Shown here one piece after another: positions 17,929 to 28,307 of a stretch of 64,000 nt of DNA. The translations under genes and the position numbers were made by a program. Position 1 is the stretch's first letter. Each line of letters opens with the position of its first letter. A model generated the notes under the pieces. The model saw only the letters and a list, made by a program, of their open reading frames with translations, ran no database searches and had not been told where the DNA came from. Source of the DNA: Bacillota bacterium (GTDB taxonomy: Bacteria > Bacillota > Clostridia > Christensenellales > SZUA-584); NCBI GenBank assembly GCA_023406895.1, contig JAEXTV010000031.1:110603-174602 (forward strand). The letters run 5' to 3'.

Positions 17929-18699
17929 ATGGCTTTGCGTATCAAACGGTATTTCAGTGATACGGCGGTGATGAGCGGCCGTGTGCTGCGACACACATTT
18001 CGGAGCATGGACACGCTGATTTCGGTGATCGTTATGCCGGTACTGATTATGCTGATGTTTGTGTATGTGCTGGGCGGCGCGATGAAGCCCGGTGCCACCG
18101 ACTATGTCAATTATGTCGTGCCCGGTATCCTCATGTTCACCATATTGAGCGTGGTGGCCTATACGGCTTTTCGAATCAACAACGATATTTCGGGCGGCAT
18201 GTTCGACCGTTTCCACTCGATGCCCGTATCAAAATCCGCGGTGCTGGGCGGGCATGTGGTCACGTCGGTGGTGTTCAGCGCCGTTTCCACGGTGGCGGTG
18301 CTCATCGTTGCCTTCCTCGTGGGGTTTCGTCCCGAAGCCGGGTTCTTCGGCTGGCTCGGCGCGGCCGGGCTGATGCTGCTCTTTTCGCTCGCGCTCACAT
18401 GGATGTCGGTGACGTTCGGGCTGCTAGCCAACAGCGCGGAAGGCGCTTCCGCGTTTGCGTATCCCGTGCTCGGTCTGCTGTTTATCAGCTCGGCCTTTGC
18501 GCCAACGGATTCAATGCCGGGTGTGGTAAAGGCGTTTGCGGAGCACCAGCCGATGACGCCGATCATCGAAGCGGCGCGCGCGCTGCTGATGAACGAGCCC
18601 GCACAGAACAGCGCGTGGGTGGCGGTGCTCTGGTGCGTCGGTATATGGGTTTTCTTCTATGCCGCGTCGATGCGCGCCTACAAGCGCAAACGCACCTGA
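17929..18699 (+). CDS. ABC-2 type transporter permease
   Basis: Six TM helices. Start at MALRIKRYF with RBS GAGGAGG, 2 nt after the ATPase stop. Confidence 0.85.
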   Translation: MALRIKRYFSDTAVMSGRVLRHTFRSMDTLISVIVMPVLIMLMFVYVLGGAMKPGATDYVNYVVPGILMFTILSVVAYTAFRINNDISGGMFDRFHSMPVSKSAVLGGHVVTSVVFSAVSTVAVLIVAFLVGFRPEAGFFGWLGAAGLMLLFSLALTWMSVTFGLLANSAEGASAFAYPVLGLLFISSAFAPTDSMPGVVKAFAEHQPMTPIIEAARALLMNEPAQNSAWVAVLWCVGIWVFFYAASMRAYKRKRT

Positions 18700-18749
18700 A
18701 ACGCATCATAAACGACCATCGCAATGATAAATGATATAAGTAACTATTG

Positions 18750-19135
18750 ACAGCCTTGGCCCCCTCGAGAGGGGGCTGGCGCCGCAAGGCGACTGGGGGA
18801 GTTCAAGTGTTTGAGGTGTTGACGCGTCAGGGATGCCGCGCCCTACGATAGGTGAGTTAGGGATGCCGCGTCCTAAAAAACCATCGTATGGTGGATGGCA
18901 AGCCGAAAGGTATAAACCGAAAAGAAAAATGCAATGCGGTTTCTTTTTTCGGTGCTTCGAGTTACCTCCAAAGTAGGTATGTATACCACGAATCATGGCC
19001 CCCTTAGAGGGAGCTGGCGCCGCAAAGCGACTGGGGGAGTTTAAACTTTGAGATGTTTGAAGCAACAGAAAGCCGCACCCGACGATAGGTGCGTCAAGGA
19101 TGCCGCACCCGACGACATCGGCAGCCGAGTTCCTA
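18750..19135. repeat. Cluster of REP-like elements (double-hairpin type plus a GGATGCCGC-containing type)
   Basis: GCCCCCTC-GAGA-GGGGGC / GGCGCC-GCAA-GGCGAC at 18757-18800, repeated at 18985-19035. GGATGCCGC(G/A)CC motif occurs three times, plus one truncated copy (GCCGCACCC). Confidence 0.7.
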
Positions 19136-19756
19136 TCAAGGATGTGTATTCTTTCCGTTTATAAAATGAAAATCGCAGAGGGTTTGGCCCTTTGCTAAAG
19201 TGGAAGAGCGCTGAAAGATGATTTTGGGGTGATATCCCGCAAAAGTTGTTTCGTCGTTGGCACAGAACACAGGGCAAACCTCGGGGCATCCGTATTTCAC
19301 GCACGTGTCAAGATAAATACAGCTTGTAAAGTCGACATGAATTTCTTTGTTGTCATACCGTCTCCAGACAACATGCCAGCCCTCATCCGGATATTGCTTG
19401 GGCAAGATATGTTTGCAGAAAAGCTTAAAAATCTGAAACGTGAAAGGTATTTTTTTAAGTTTGCTGTTTTGTTCCTTGGCTTTTTCTGCCGCGATTTGAA
19501 CGATGTCAAGGGTATCATCGTAGGCCTTCTCGTATGTGGATGGATTGCTTCTGAATACGAGATACATGGCAATGGTCGGCAGCATATTGCCAGCCATATG
19601 CTCTTTGATCACTTTGCCGGTGCTTGGGGGAATCTCGCCGATCATGCGGTCCAGCAAGCTGTCCGCTTCCGAGAAAAGGCGGCTTCCTTCGTCAAGCCCA
19701 AAACGCTTAATGCATTCGTTTTCAAAATAGCTGAAACGTGTTTGATAAAACCCCAT
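19136..19756 (-). CDS. Hypothetical protein, possibly L-2-amino-thiazoline-4-carboxylate hydrolase-like family
   Basis: 206 aa with a Cys-rich C-terminal part (C..C.....CP..CP.FC..D......CDFHF). Family assignment is from memory only. Confidence 0.4.
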   Translation of the reverse strand: MGFYQTRFSYFENECIKRFGLDEGSRLFSEADSLLDRMIGEIPPSTGKVIKEHMAGNMLPTIAMYLVFRSNPSTYEKAYDDTLDIVQIAAEKAKEQNSKLKKIPFTFQIFKLFCKHILPKQYPDEGWHVVWRRYDNKEIHVDFTSCIYLDTCVKYGCPEVCPVFCANDETTFAGYHPKIIFQRSSTLAKGQTLCDFHFINGKNTHP

Positions 19757-19786
19757 CGAAAACCCTCTTTTGGTGCCGTCGGCACA

Positions 19787-20572
19787 CTATTTTAAAAGAT
19801 CTTCAGCGTTCTTGTAGAGGATGGCTTCCTTCTCCTCTAAAGATAAATCAAGCCCCATGATCATTCGAATATCGTCATCGGCGCGTTTCCACGGCGAATC
19901 CGAGCCGAACAGCACCCTCTCAGCACCGTGCTTCTTGATCATGCGCGTCATGCCTTCATTCTGCAGCACATAATGCGAATACGAGGTGTCAATAAAAAGC
20001 GGCAGGCCGAGCAGGGTTTCCTCCACATCGCGCCAGAGCGCGTGGCCGCCCATATGCGCGGCCACCAGCTTAAGCCCCGGTACATTCCTGATCACATTTC
20101 TGATCATCAGCGGCGTGCATCGTATGGGAGCGGGCAGCCCGATGTCCCATCCCGCGTGGAGCATGGTGATAAGCCCTAAGTCCCTCAGGGCTTCATAGAG
20201 CGGCATCATCTTCTTATCGTCCGTATAAAAATTCTGATAATCGGGGTGAAACTTAACGCCCTTAATGCCGTCCGCTTTAAGCTTTTGCGCTGCCGATATA
20301 AAATCCGGGTCGTCCGGGTGCAGCGCCCCGAAAAAGACGGCCTTTTCATTTGAATTGCTTTTTGCCCATTCGTTAATAACGGGAACCTGCGACGGCTTCG
20401 TTGCAACGGGCTGCACCACGAATTTGTCAACGCCGCACTCGGTCATAAAGGCGGTTAAGCCGCTCAGTGTTCCGTTGTGCAGTGCCGTGATATGCGCGTT
20501 CTTTTCCAGCGTCGCGATGGCGGCGGGCGCAAGCGCGTCCACAAAGCAGTGTGTGTGAAAATCAATAACCAT
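19787..20572 (-). CDS. Amidohydrolase-family metal-dependent hydrolase
   Basis: N-terminal IDFHTHCF metal-binding motif, TIM-barrel amidohydrolase_2-like length (261 aa). Confidence 0.75.
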   Translation of the reverse strand: MVIDFHTHCFVDALAPAAIATLEKNAHITALHNGTLSGLTAFMTECGVDKFVVQPVATKPSQVPVINEWAKSNSNEKAVFFGALHPDDPDFISAAQKLKADGIKGVKFHPDYQNFYTDDKKMMPLYEALRDLGLITMLHAGWDIGLPAPIRCTPLMIRNVIRNVPGLKLVAAHMGGHALWRDVEETLLGLPLFIDTSYSHYVLQNEGMTRMIKKHGAERVLFGSDSPWKRADDDIRMIMGLDLSLEEKEAILYKNAEDLLK

Positions 20573-20970
20573 ACTTCCGTACTCCGTTGCTTTTAATCAA
20601 TATCATTTTACACCACTCGCATGGTTAATTAAAGAGAAATCAATTTATAGCGCCAATCGGATAAAAATATGACGACAATAAATCAATAATGTCGTTAGCT
20701 TATACCATGTAAAGATAGTATATCTTGTGAGGTAAACAATGGTTAAATGAGGAATGATGGATTAACGAGCGGAAGCAGCCGTCAAAACAGCGTTTCGAAT
20801 TTATCGGTTTACTTAGCAAACAAAATACTTTTTGAGTCAGGCACCGCTCCTCCAAGAGACGGCGGAGCCGTTATCGATACAAGAAAGCGATGTCTCACAC
20901 AAACATGCCAAAGGTTTAAAGGGCACCGGTCATTTTTAGACTGAATAAGCTGCCCGGGTCACCGGGCAGC

Positions 20971-21798
20971 TTATATCATGTCTTCGGAGAACTCCACACG
21001 CTGGCCAAACACATCTTTGATGGTTTCAATGATGCGCGCGTCAATAAAACGCTCTTTATTATGAACGATAATGGACAGCGGTGCCATGTTCACCAGCGCG
21101 CTCAGCAGCGCGTCGTCTTTATCCATGCTTTGGCTTGTGTATTGGCACTTCAAAAGGCAGAGCCGGTCGTCCAGCAGTAAATACTGGCCGTTGCCGTCCA
21201 CGCAAATGTGAACCTTGCGCACACGCGGTATCCGTATTTTAACAAACAGCCGCAGAATTTCAACGAATTCTACGTATTCGCGTTTTCTGACGTATTCCTC
21301 CACGCACAGCGCGAGCTCCTTTTCCCAGGTCTCAAGGTAATCCTTCATACGAAACCGCATGAAGCCCTCAAGCATCACGGTGTCTGCTTCATTCTGCGCG
21401 AGCATATCCGAAAGCCGCTGTTTCACTTCGATCTTGCACATAGCGACCTCGTTTTTTTGCCCTGATGTGCCGTACCATAACCTCTTTAAGGCTTTCACGA
21501 GTATGTCGCACTGCTCTTTTTCCGAAAGAAAATAGTAGTCCTGCTTTAAAAGCTTCACCATATGGCGAATCTGCAGGTTTTCCACGATGATGTCGGCGAG
21601 TATCGCGCAAAGTATCGTACGCTCTTTGTCAGCGCAGTGATCACTGTCGGAAAGACAGACACTGGCAATGCGTCCGTCCGATCCGTCCATCTCATTTATG
21701 CTGACCATGCAGCCCTGCCGCGTCGCGTCGTGCATCCTGTTTGTGATGAGCGGTGCAAGCTCTAGGCCCTGATCTTCAATTCCAATTACGATATCCAA
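20971..21798 (-). CDS. Hypothetical protein, possibly YtxC-like sporulation protein
   Basis: 275-aa ORF with good coding character. Weak recollection of the YtxC family pattern only. Confidence 0.35.
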   Translation of the reverse strand: MDIVIGIEDQGLELAPLITNRMHDATRQGCMVSINEMDGSDGRIASVCLSDSDHCADKERTILCAILADIIVENLQIRHMVKLLKQDYYFLSEKEQCDILVKALKRLWYGTSGQKNEVAMCKIEVKQRLSDMLAQNEADTVMLEGFMRFRMKDYLETWEKELALCVEEYVRKREYVEFVEILRLFVKIRIPRVRKVHICVDGNGQYLLLDDRLCLLKCQYTSQSMDKDDALLSALVNMAPLSIIVHNKERFIDARIIETIKDVFGQRVEFSEDMI

Positions 21799-22414
21799 TT
21801 CACGTCATCCTTTTTTTCGGTTCTATATAATTTATGCCGTGCTGAAATAAACGTTTCTCACATTAATGTGTGCCTCGCAAGAAAAATAATCTCATTGTAA
21901 TTTTTGTCATTTGGAGCATTGCCTTCGGTGATTAAAAAGATGCTGAGCGCCGATATTCGGGTTGCGTAAAGTGTAAATTACTTCCTTATAAAGGAAGCAT
22001 AGGTGGCAGGTTATTGCCGGATAATGCTTTCACGGCAAGAAAACTGATTTTACCCTGTTTTTCTGTTGGTTTTGACAAATTTACTGTTGACTTTTATGAA
22101 ACAAGGTGTACCATGTAAAATGGCGGAGGATTGGAAATATTATTTTAAATGTTATCTTAGAACTTGATTTTGAGACACTGAGACATAATCAAAAGAAAGC
22201 TTAAAGAGGATCAATCTCATCCACCATTGTTAAATACTATAGCCCGGAACAAGATGTCAATGTTTTGCCCCAGTAGTTTTTTGTATGCATTTTACAGGAG
22301 GTTACAGCATGAACATGATGTTACTTGAGAGTGGATAACGCCACAGTAAGCACCATTAGCACGGCATCTCGTTACCGTTTTACTTACTGATAGAATAACA
22401 AAAAGGAGAATACT

Positions 22415-24496
22415 ATGAGCAATAATCTACTTCTATTTGAAATCGTTGGCGTTATTATCTCTTTGCTCGCTTTTGCTGTAGCTGTGTATTTCTACTTTTG
22501 GATTAAAAAGCTTCCCAAAGGTACGGCTGATATGGAGCATATCGGGATGATGATCAAAAAGGGTGCGCGGGCATTCTTGAGCAGAGAGTATAAAACTCTC
22601 GTTTGGTTTGTTCTTGGTGCATGCATACTGATATTTCTGTTTCTTCCTGCACCGATATGGTCGACCACGGATATCACGCTCAACATTATGATGGCCATTG
22701 CCTATGTAGCCGGTTCCGTGTTTTCTGCTTTGGCCGGAAAGATCGGTATTGAAGTGGCTACCATCGCCAACGTCAAAACTGCGGTCGCAGCCAAAGACGG
22801 TATCAAGAAAGCTTTTGCCTCGGGTTTCCGCGGCGGCGCCGTCATGGGTATGGCCGTTGTGGGATCGGCGCTGCTTGGCTGCTCCCTGCTGCTTTTAATC
22901 ACGAACAGCGAAAATGCCGTGCTCGGCTTCTCGTTTGGCGCATCCACACTGGCTCTCTTCGCGAAAGCGGGCGGCGGTATCTACACCAAAACGGCGGATA
23001 TTTCGGCTGACATTGTCGGTAAAGTGGAACTTGGCCTTGAAGAAGACGACCCGAGAAACCCTGCCGTTATCGCTGATAACGTGGGCGACAACGTGGGTGA
23101 CGTGGCCGGCATGGGCGCTGACCTTTTTGATTCCAACGTGGCGGCGTTTGCGGCGGCTTCAATTATCGGCGTGATACTGCACAGAGTTGACATGGTGCTT
23201 TGCTACACCGCTCTCGGCCTTTTGGCTTCCATCATCGGCGTGCTGATGGCCAGAATGGGCAAAAGCAACGATCCGGGCAAAGCCCTTAATATGAGCACAT
23301 ACATCACCACCGCATTGTACGCGGTGCTGACAGCAGGCGCTTCGCTGCTGTTCGGTTACGACTTCCGTTTCTGGGGCGCGACGTTTGTCGGTCTGCTCGT
23401 GGGCGTTATTATCGGTCTTGCAACCGACTACTTCACAAACGACTTACGCAAGCCCGTTCAGCATGTGGCCAAAGCCAGCCAATCGGGCCCGGCGTTTACG
23501 GTGCTCAGCGGCGTAGCATATGGCTTTAAGAGCGCGCTGCCTTCGTTGATCGGTATCGGCGCGTCGGCGGCTATCGCGTATTTCCTCTGCTATCCGATGG
23601 GTGCGACTCCCGAAGAGAGCGTACAATATGCCATGTTCGGCATTTCGATGGCGGCGCTCGGCATGCTGTCAATCGTCGGCATGATTGTGTCGAATGACGC
23701 GTTTGGCCCGATTGTGGACAATGCCCGCGGTCTTGCCGAAATGGGTGGCCTTGGTGACGATGTTATCAGAATCACGGACGACCTTGACTCAGCCGGCAAC
23801 ACCGTCAAAGCAATCACGAAAGGCTTTTCCATCAGCGCAGCGGGTTTAACGGTTATCGCGTTGCTCGCATCTTTCCTTGAAATTGCGAAAGCGAACAACA
23901 CGGGTATCACGGGCTTTGACATTATGAACCCGCTTGTGTTCTTCGGTCTTCTTGTTGGTCTGGGAATTCCTGCTATGTTCTCAGCGATGCTGATTATGGG
24001 CGTGGATAAAAACGCTCAGCGCATGGTGGCGGAAATCCACAGACAGTTCAACGAAATCCCCGGGCTTAAAGAGGGCAAAGAAGGCGTACACCCCGAGTAT
24101 GAGAAGTGCATTGACATTGCCACCAGAGGCGCGCTTCGCGAGCTTGCTCCGGCCGGTTTGATGACAATTGTCGTGACACTCGCTGTCGGCTTCCTCGGCG
24201 GCATCTCGGCAATCGGCGGCTTCCTCGTGGGCAATATCGCTTCCGGTCTGCTGCTCGCCCTGTTCATGTCGAACTCGGGCGGCACATGGGACAACGCGAA
24301 GAAATACATTGAAGCGGGCAACTTCGGCGGCAAGGGCAGCATTGCTCACAAAGCCGGCGTTATCGGCGACATGATCGGCGATCCGTTCAAAGATACGGCA
24401 GGTCCTTCGATCAACACGCAGATCACCGTGGTTTCGCTCGTAGCGAACCTGACAGCTGTGCTTTTCAGCACCGTGTCCCTGTTTGGTATGCTTTGA
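22415..24496 (+). CDS. hppA: Membrane-bound ion-translocating pyrophosphatase
   Basis: 693 aa, ~16 TM helices. Hallmark motifs GGG.YTKAADI..D.VGKVE, DNVGDNVGD, GGAWDNAKKYIE. Confidence 0.96.
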   Translation: MSNNLLLFEIVGVIISLLAFAVAVYFYFWIKKLPKGTADMEHIGMMIKKGARAFLSREYKTLVWFVLGACILIFLFLPAPIWSTTDITLNIMMAIAYVAGSVFSALAGKIGIEVATIANVKTAVAAKDGIKKAFASGFRGGAVMGMAVVGSALLGCSLLLLITNSENAVLGFSFGASTLALFAKAGGGIYTKTADISADIVGKVELGLEEDDPRNPAVIADNVGDNVGDVAGMGADLFDSNVAAFAAASIIGVILHRVDMVLCYTALGLLASIIGVLMARMGKSNDPGKALNMSTYITTALYAVLTAGASLLFGYDFRFWGATFVGLLVGVIIGLATDYFTNDLRKPVQHVAKASQSGPAFTVLSGVAYGFKSALPSLIGIGASAAIAYFLCYPMGATPEESVQYAMFGISMAALGMLSIVGMIVSNDAFGPIVDNARGLAEMGGLGDDVIRITDDLDSAGNTVKAITKGFSISAAGLTVIALLASFLEIAKANNTGITGFDIMNPLVFFGLLVGLGIPAMFSAMLIMGVDKNAQRMVAEIHRQFNEIPGLKEGKEGVHPEYEKCIDIATRGALRELAPAGLMTIVVTLAVGFLGGISAIGGFLVGNIASGLLLALFMSNSGGTWDNAKKYIEAGNFGGKGSIAHKAGVIGDMIGDPFKDTAGPSINTQITVVSLVANLTAVLFSTVSLFGML

Positions 24497-24529
24497 TAAC
24501 AGAATAAATAGTAATCTCATAATCACAGA

Positions 24530-24559
24530 CAGCCGGCTGCATCATGCAGCCGGCTGTTT
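24530..24559 (+). terminator. Terminator hairpin after hppA
   Basis: 12-bp perfect stem CAGCCGGCTGCA / TGCAGCCGGCTG followed by TTT. Confidence 0.65.
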
Positions 24560-24832
24560 GCGTATACGAGCCGCAATACAAGACGATGACTCAATCAGAC
24601 TGCTCCATATGATTCAATGAAAACAAACACCCTTGAGCTGACTGGTGAAGGCATCGCTAAGCGGCAATCGGCCAAGTTATCAAATGGGCTTCATCTGCGG
24701 TGGATAGGCTGCCGCGAAGAGGACGTGATAAACCACGTCGAAAGCAACCATATATTATTATGAGTCGATGAAGACCTGCAGAGGTGGAAATTAAATCATT
24801 TTTATACCCATTCAAGCGCTTTTCTCAAAAAA

Positions 24833-24861
24833 TTGCATGAGCGTGGGCTCTGTGATATGAT
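24833..24861 (+). promoter_or_regulatory. Sigma-A-type promoter of the ABC operon
   Basis: TTGCAT (24833-24838), 17 nt, TATGAT (24856-24861). Confidence 0.55.
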
Positions 24862-24907
24862 GGCAGCATTGGTGGAATCATTTATTACCATTTATAAAGG
24901 AGGGCGT

Positions 24908-25843
24908 ATGGCGCTGCTCGACATTCAGGACTTAAAAAAGTATTTTAAAAACATCAAAGCGGTAGACGGCATATCATTCAGTGTAGAAAAAGGGGATATT
25001 TTCGGGCTGCTGGGCCCGAACGGCGCGGGTAAATCGACAACGATTTCGATGATCGCGACGCTTGCCGCACCCGATAGCGGGACGATTGAATTTAAAGGTG
25101 AGAATATCGCGAAAAGCCCGAGGGCAATACAGCAGTGCCTTGGGCTCGTGCCGCAGGAGATTGCATTGTACCCAAGTCTCTCGGGTATTGAAAATCTGCA
25201 GTTCTGGGGCAGAGCATACGGGCTTTCGGGCGCTAAGCTCAAAAAGCGCATCGATGAGGTGTCTGAAGTGATCGGTATCACCGACAGACTCAAGGACCGC
25301 GTCAAAAAATATTCAGGCGGCATGCAGCGGCGGCTCAACATCGGCGCGGCACTGCTTCACAATCCCGAATTTATCATTATGGACGAACCCACGGTGGGTA
25401 TCGATCCGCAGTCGCGCAACCACATCCTTGATACGGTGAAGGCGCTGGCTGGGCAGGGTGCAACGATCATCTACACGAGCCACTACATGGAAGAGGTGGA
25501 GATGCTCTGCAACCGCGTGTGCATCATGGATGAGGGCAAAATCATCGCGGCGGGCACCAAGGACGAGATCACGTCATCACTTGGCGGCGGGTGCGAATTG
25601 AGCCTGAAGCTTGCCAAGCCTGATGCGGCGCTCTGCGAAAAGCTTGCGGCGCTTCCCGAAGTGAAAAAACTCAGCGCGGAAGACGGCAATGTGTTGATCG
25701 TTGCGGATGATGCTGATAAAGCCACACACGCTCTGCTCGATACGGTGAACAAAAGCCACGCGTCGCTGCTCTCCTTCGACACCAAAAAGCCAAGCCTTGA
25801 GACGGTGTTTTTAAACCTCACAGGCCGCGCCCTGAGGGACTGA
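24908..25843 (+). CDS. ABC transporter ATP-binding protein
   Basis: Start MALLDIQDL with RBS AAAGGAGGG. Walker A GPNGAGKST, signature YSGGMQRR, Walker B FIIMDEPT. Confidence 0.9.
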   Translation: MALLDIQDLKKYFKNIKAVDGISFSVEKGDIFGLLGPNGAGKSTTISMIATLAAPDSGTIEFKGENIAKSPRAIQQCLGLVPQEIALYPSLSGIENLQFWGRAYGLSGAKLKKRIDEVSEVIGITDRLKDRVKKYSGGMQRRLNIGAALLHNPEFIIMDEPTVGIDPQSRNHILDTVKALAGQGATIIYTSHYMEEVEMLCNRVCIMDEGKIIAAGTKDEITSSLGGGCELSLKLAKPDAALCEKLAALPEVKKLSAEDGNVLIVADDADKATHALLDTVNKSHASLLSFDTKKPSLETVFLNLTGRALRD

Positions 25844-25846
25844 GCC

Positions 25847-27133
25847 ATGAGGATGACCGATATTATTGCAAAAGACCTGCGCGTGGTGCTTCGCAACCGC
25901 GTGGCATTGATATTTATATTCCTAATGCCCATTGTGCTGATTACGATATTGAGCTTTGCGCTGGGCGGCATGTTCACATCCGAAGGCGTATCGATTGGGC
26001 ATTTGAACATTGCCGTGGTGGACTTTACAGATGACGATGAAGCGCAGGGGCTGCAGCAGATGGCATCTGCCAACGGCACAGGCGCTTTTGACTCCAAGGC
26101 GATGTCGCTGTATGCCGTGCTTGATTCGAAAGAGGTGGCCGCATTTTTAAGCTACACTGTGGCCGATGAACAGACGGCAAAGCAACAACTCGAAGATGGC
26201 AGTATCGATGCGGTCGTCACAATCCCCAAAGGGTTCACAATGGGCATCATGACGGCGATGACGGGCGGCGGCAGCCATCAGCAAATTGATGTGACGGGCG
26301 CCCAAAACAAAGCGATGCAGTCGGGCATCGTGGCCGGTATTGTCCGCGCGTACACGGATACACTCTCCGCGATGTCGGCAGACATCAAAATACTGATGGA
26401 AACGGCGCTGTCCGGCGGTATCGCGCAAGAGGCGATTGCGCAGCTGGATTTTGCGTCGTTCATGCAGAGCCTCTCGCAGCCCGGCGATATCAACGTGACC
26501 ATGCAGGGCATTGATGCGCGCAAGGCGCTCAGCAGCTTCTCGTACTATTCCATCGCCATTACGTGTATGTTTCTGCTGTATTCGGCGGGGCAGGGCAGCT
26601 CGTTTCTGCTGACGGAGAGTCAGGAGAAAACACTCGTGCGTTTAAGGGCAGCGGGCGTTTCGGTGAAAAAGCTGCTGCTCGGCAAATCCGTCGCGGTATT
26701 TTTCCTCAGCATCATACAGCTCATCGTGCTGCTCGGGTTTTCGACGCTGGCCTTTGGCCTCGACTGGGGCAATCCGCTCGTGTTTATACTCATATCCGTC
26801 TGCGTCGCCGTCTCCATCACGGGGCTCGGCGTGCTGCTGATGGTGCTCGTGTACCGCGCGGGCAATCCGGCTGTGGGCAGTGTGTTCCAAAGCGTGATCG
26901 CGCAGGTACTTGCGTTGTTCGGCGGCAGCTTTCTGCCGCTGGCCGTGCTGCATGCGTTCTTTTCAACCGTCGCGCTGTTCACGCCCAACGGCCTTGCTGT
27001 GATGGCGTATACGGGCAACGTATCGGGCGCGCCGCTGGCTGAGATACTGCCGTACCTCGGCGGCAGCGTGCTGATGGGCATTGTGCTCTATTGTCTGGGG
27101 CTGCTGCTGTTCCCCAAAGAAAGGAGGGCCTGA
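25847..27133 (+). CDS. ABC-2 transporter permease (large extracytoplasmic loop)
   Basis: 428 aa. N-terminal TM, ~200-aa loop, C-terminal 5-6 TM helices. Confidence 0.8.
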   Translation: MRMTDIIAKDLRVVLRNRVALIFIFLMPIVLITILSFALGGMFTSEGVSIGHLNIAVVDFTDDDEAQGLQQMASANGTGAFDSKAMSLYAVLDSKEVAAFLSYTVADEQTAKQQLEDGSIDAVVTIPKGFTMGIMTAMTGGGSHQQIDVTGAQNKAMQSGIVAGIVRAYTDTLSAMSADIKILMETALSGGIAQEAIAQLDFASFMQSLSQPGDINVTMQGIDARKALSSFSYYSIAITCMFLLYSAGQGSSFLLTESQEKTLVRLRAAGVSVKKLLLGKSVAVFFLSIIQLIVLLGFSTLAFGLDWGNPLVFILISVCVAVSITGLGVLLMVLVYRAGNPAVGSVFQSVIAQVLALFGGSFLPLAVLHAFFSTVALFTPNGLAVMAYTGNVSGAPLAEILPYLGGSVLMGIVLYCLGLLLFPKERRA

Positions 27134-27134
27134 T

Positions 27135-28307
27135 ATGTCCGCGATACTTTGGCTCAAATGGAAGCGCATGCGGCAGGATGTGACGATGTACGTGATCATG
27201 ACGTTTATGGCCCTGTTCTTAACGTTCATATTCGGCAACGCGATGTTCGGAGGCGGCGGCGCGCAGCGCGTGTATGTGGCGGATAGCGACGGCTCAGCGC
27301 TCTCCGCCGCGTTAATCGGCGCGTTTGATCCGGACGCGTACGCGCTGGAGGAGATGAGCGAAACGGACGCGCAGGCCGCCGTGGCCAAGGGCGAAGCGCT
27401 CGCGGCAATCGTGATCCCCGAGGGCTTTGAAGACGCCGCGCTCAAAGGCTCGGCAGAGGTGACCGTTCTGCGCACGGCGGACAGCGCCGACATTCTCATG
27501 CTGCAAAGCGCGGTGAATTCGGCATACCGCAATGCTGTGCACGGCTTTAAGCTGCACGGCGCGCTGGCGGATACGCTAAAGCTCGCGAATATTGAAGCGC
27601 CGTCGCTCAGTGAGGTGCAGGCAAGCCTCGCGGCCGCATTGGAAAGCAAACCGGTGACGGTGAATTACACACTGCTCGCGGCGGACGATTACGACGAGAA
27701 GTTCGCGGAAAACATCCATTACATGATGGGCTTTAACATCTTCTTTGTGATGTTCAGCATCGTGTTCACACTCAGCAGCATACTCGAAGATAAAAAGCTG
27801 CATACGTGGAACCGCATCCGCATCTCTCCGCTCTCCACGCGCGCGGTGCTTGCGGGCAACTTTATTCCGGCTTATGCGGTGGGCCTGATCCAAATGGCAA
27901 TCGTGCTGTTTTTCGGGCAGCTGCTGTTTGGCATCAATCTCGGCGCGGCGCTGCTGCCTGTGTTCGCGGTGTTTGCGGTGTTTGTGTTGGCGGCCACGTG
28001 CCTCGGGCTGCTGCTTGCCACCGTGTTTAAAGCGTACGAGCAGATGAACGCGGCGGTGCCCGTGATCATTGTGGGCACGAGCATGCTCGGCGGCTGCATG
28101 TGGCCGCTGTCCATCGTGGGTTCCGATGTGCTGATCGGCATCGCGAAGGGCATGCCGCAATTCTGGGCGCTCGACGCGGCGGAGAACCTCGCGGTGATGG
28201 GGGCGGGCTTTGGCGATATTGTGCTCAACATCGGCGTGCTTTTTGGCATGGCGCTTGTGTTGTTTGCGCTGAGCATGGTAATCTATAACAAAAAGCAGAG
28301 GGCGTGA
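27135..28307 (+). CDS. ABC-2 transporter permease, paralogous second subunit
   Basis: Start MSAILWLKWKR two nt after the preceding stop. Same topology as the upstream permease. Confidence 0.8.
   Translation: MSAILWLKWKRMRQDVTMYVIMTFMALFLTFIFGNAMFGGGGAQRVYVADSDGSALSAALIGAFDPDAYALEEMSETDAQAAVAKGEALAAIVIPEGFEDAALKGSAEVTVLRTADSADILMLQSAVNSAYRNAVHGFKLHGALADTLKLANIEAPSLSEVQASLAAALESKPVTVNYTLLAADDYDEKFAENIHYMMGFNIFFVMFSIVFTLSSILEDKKLHTWNRIRISPLSTRAVLAGNFIPAYAVGLIQMAIVLFFGQLLFGINLGAALLPVFAVFAVFVLAATCLGLLLATVFKAYEQMNAAVPVIIVGTSMLGGCMWPLSIVGSDVLIGIAKGMPQFWALDAAENLAVMGAGFGDIVLNIGVLFGMALVLFALSMVIYNKKQRA

Noticed and set aside
18706-19304. 119-aa and 87-aa minus-strand ORFs in the 18.7-19.3 kb region
   Set aside because: They are composed of translated REP-like and GGATGCCGC repeat copies, or overlap the 3' end of the 19136-19756 gene. 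There are no start signals.
20747-20944. 65-aa plus-strand ORF, and a possible structured RNA, in the 20573-20970 intergenic region
   Set aside because: The ORF lacks an RBS. I saw stems (for example GACGACA...TGTCGTC at ~20677-20702) but could not match any riboswitch or sRNA family by eye.
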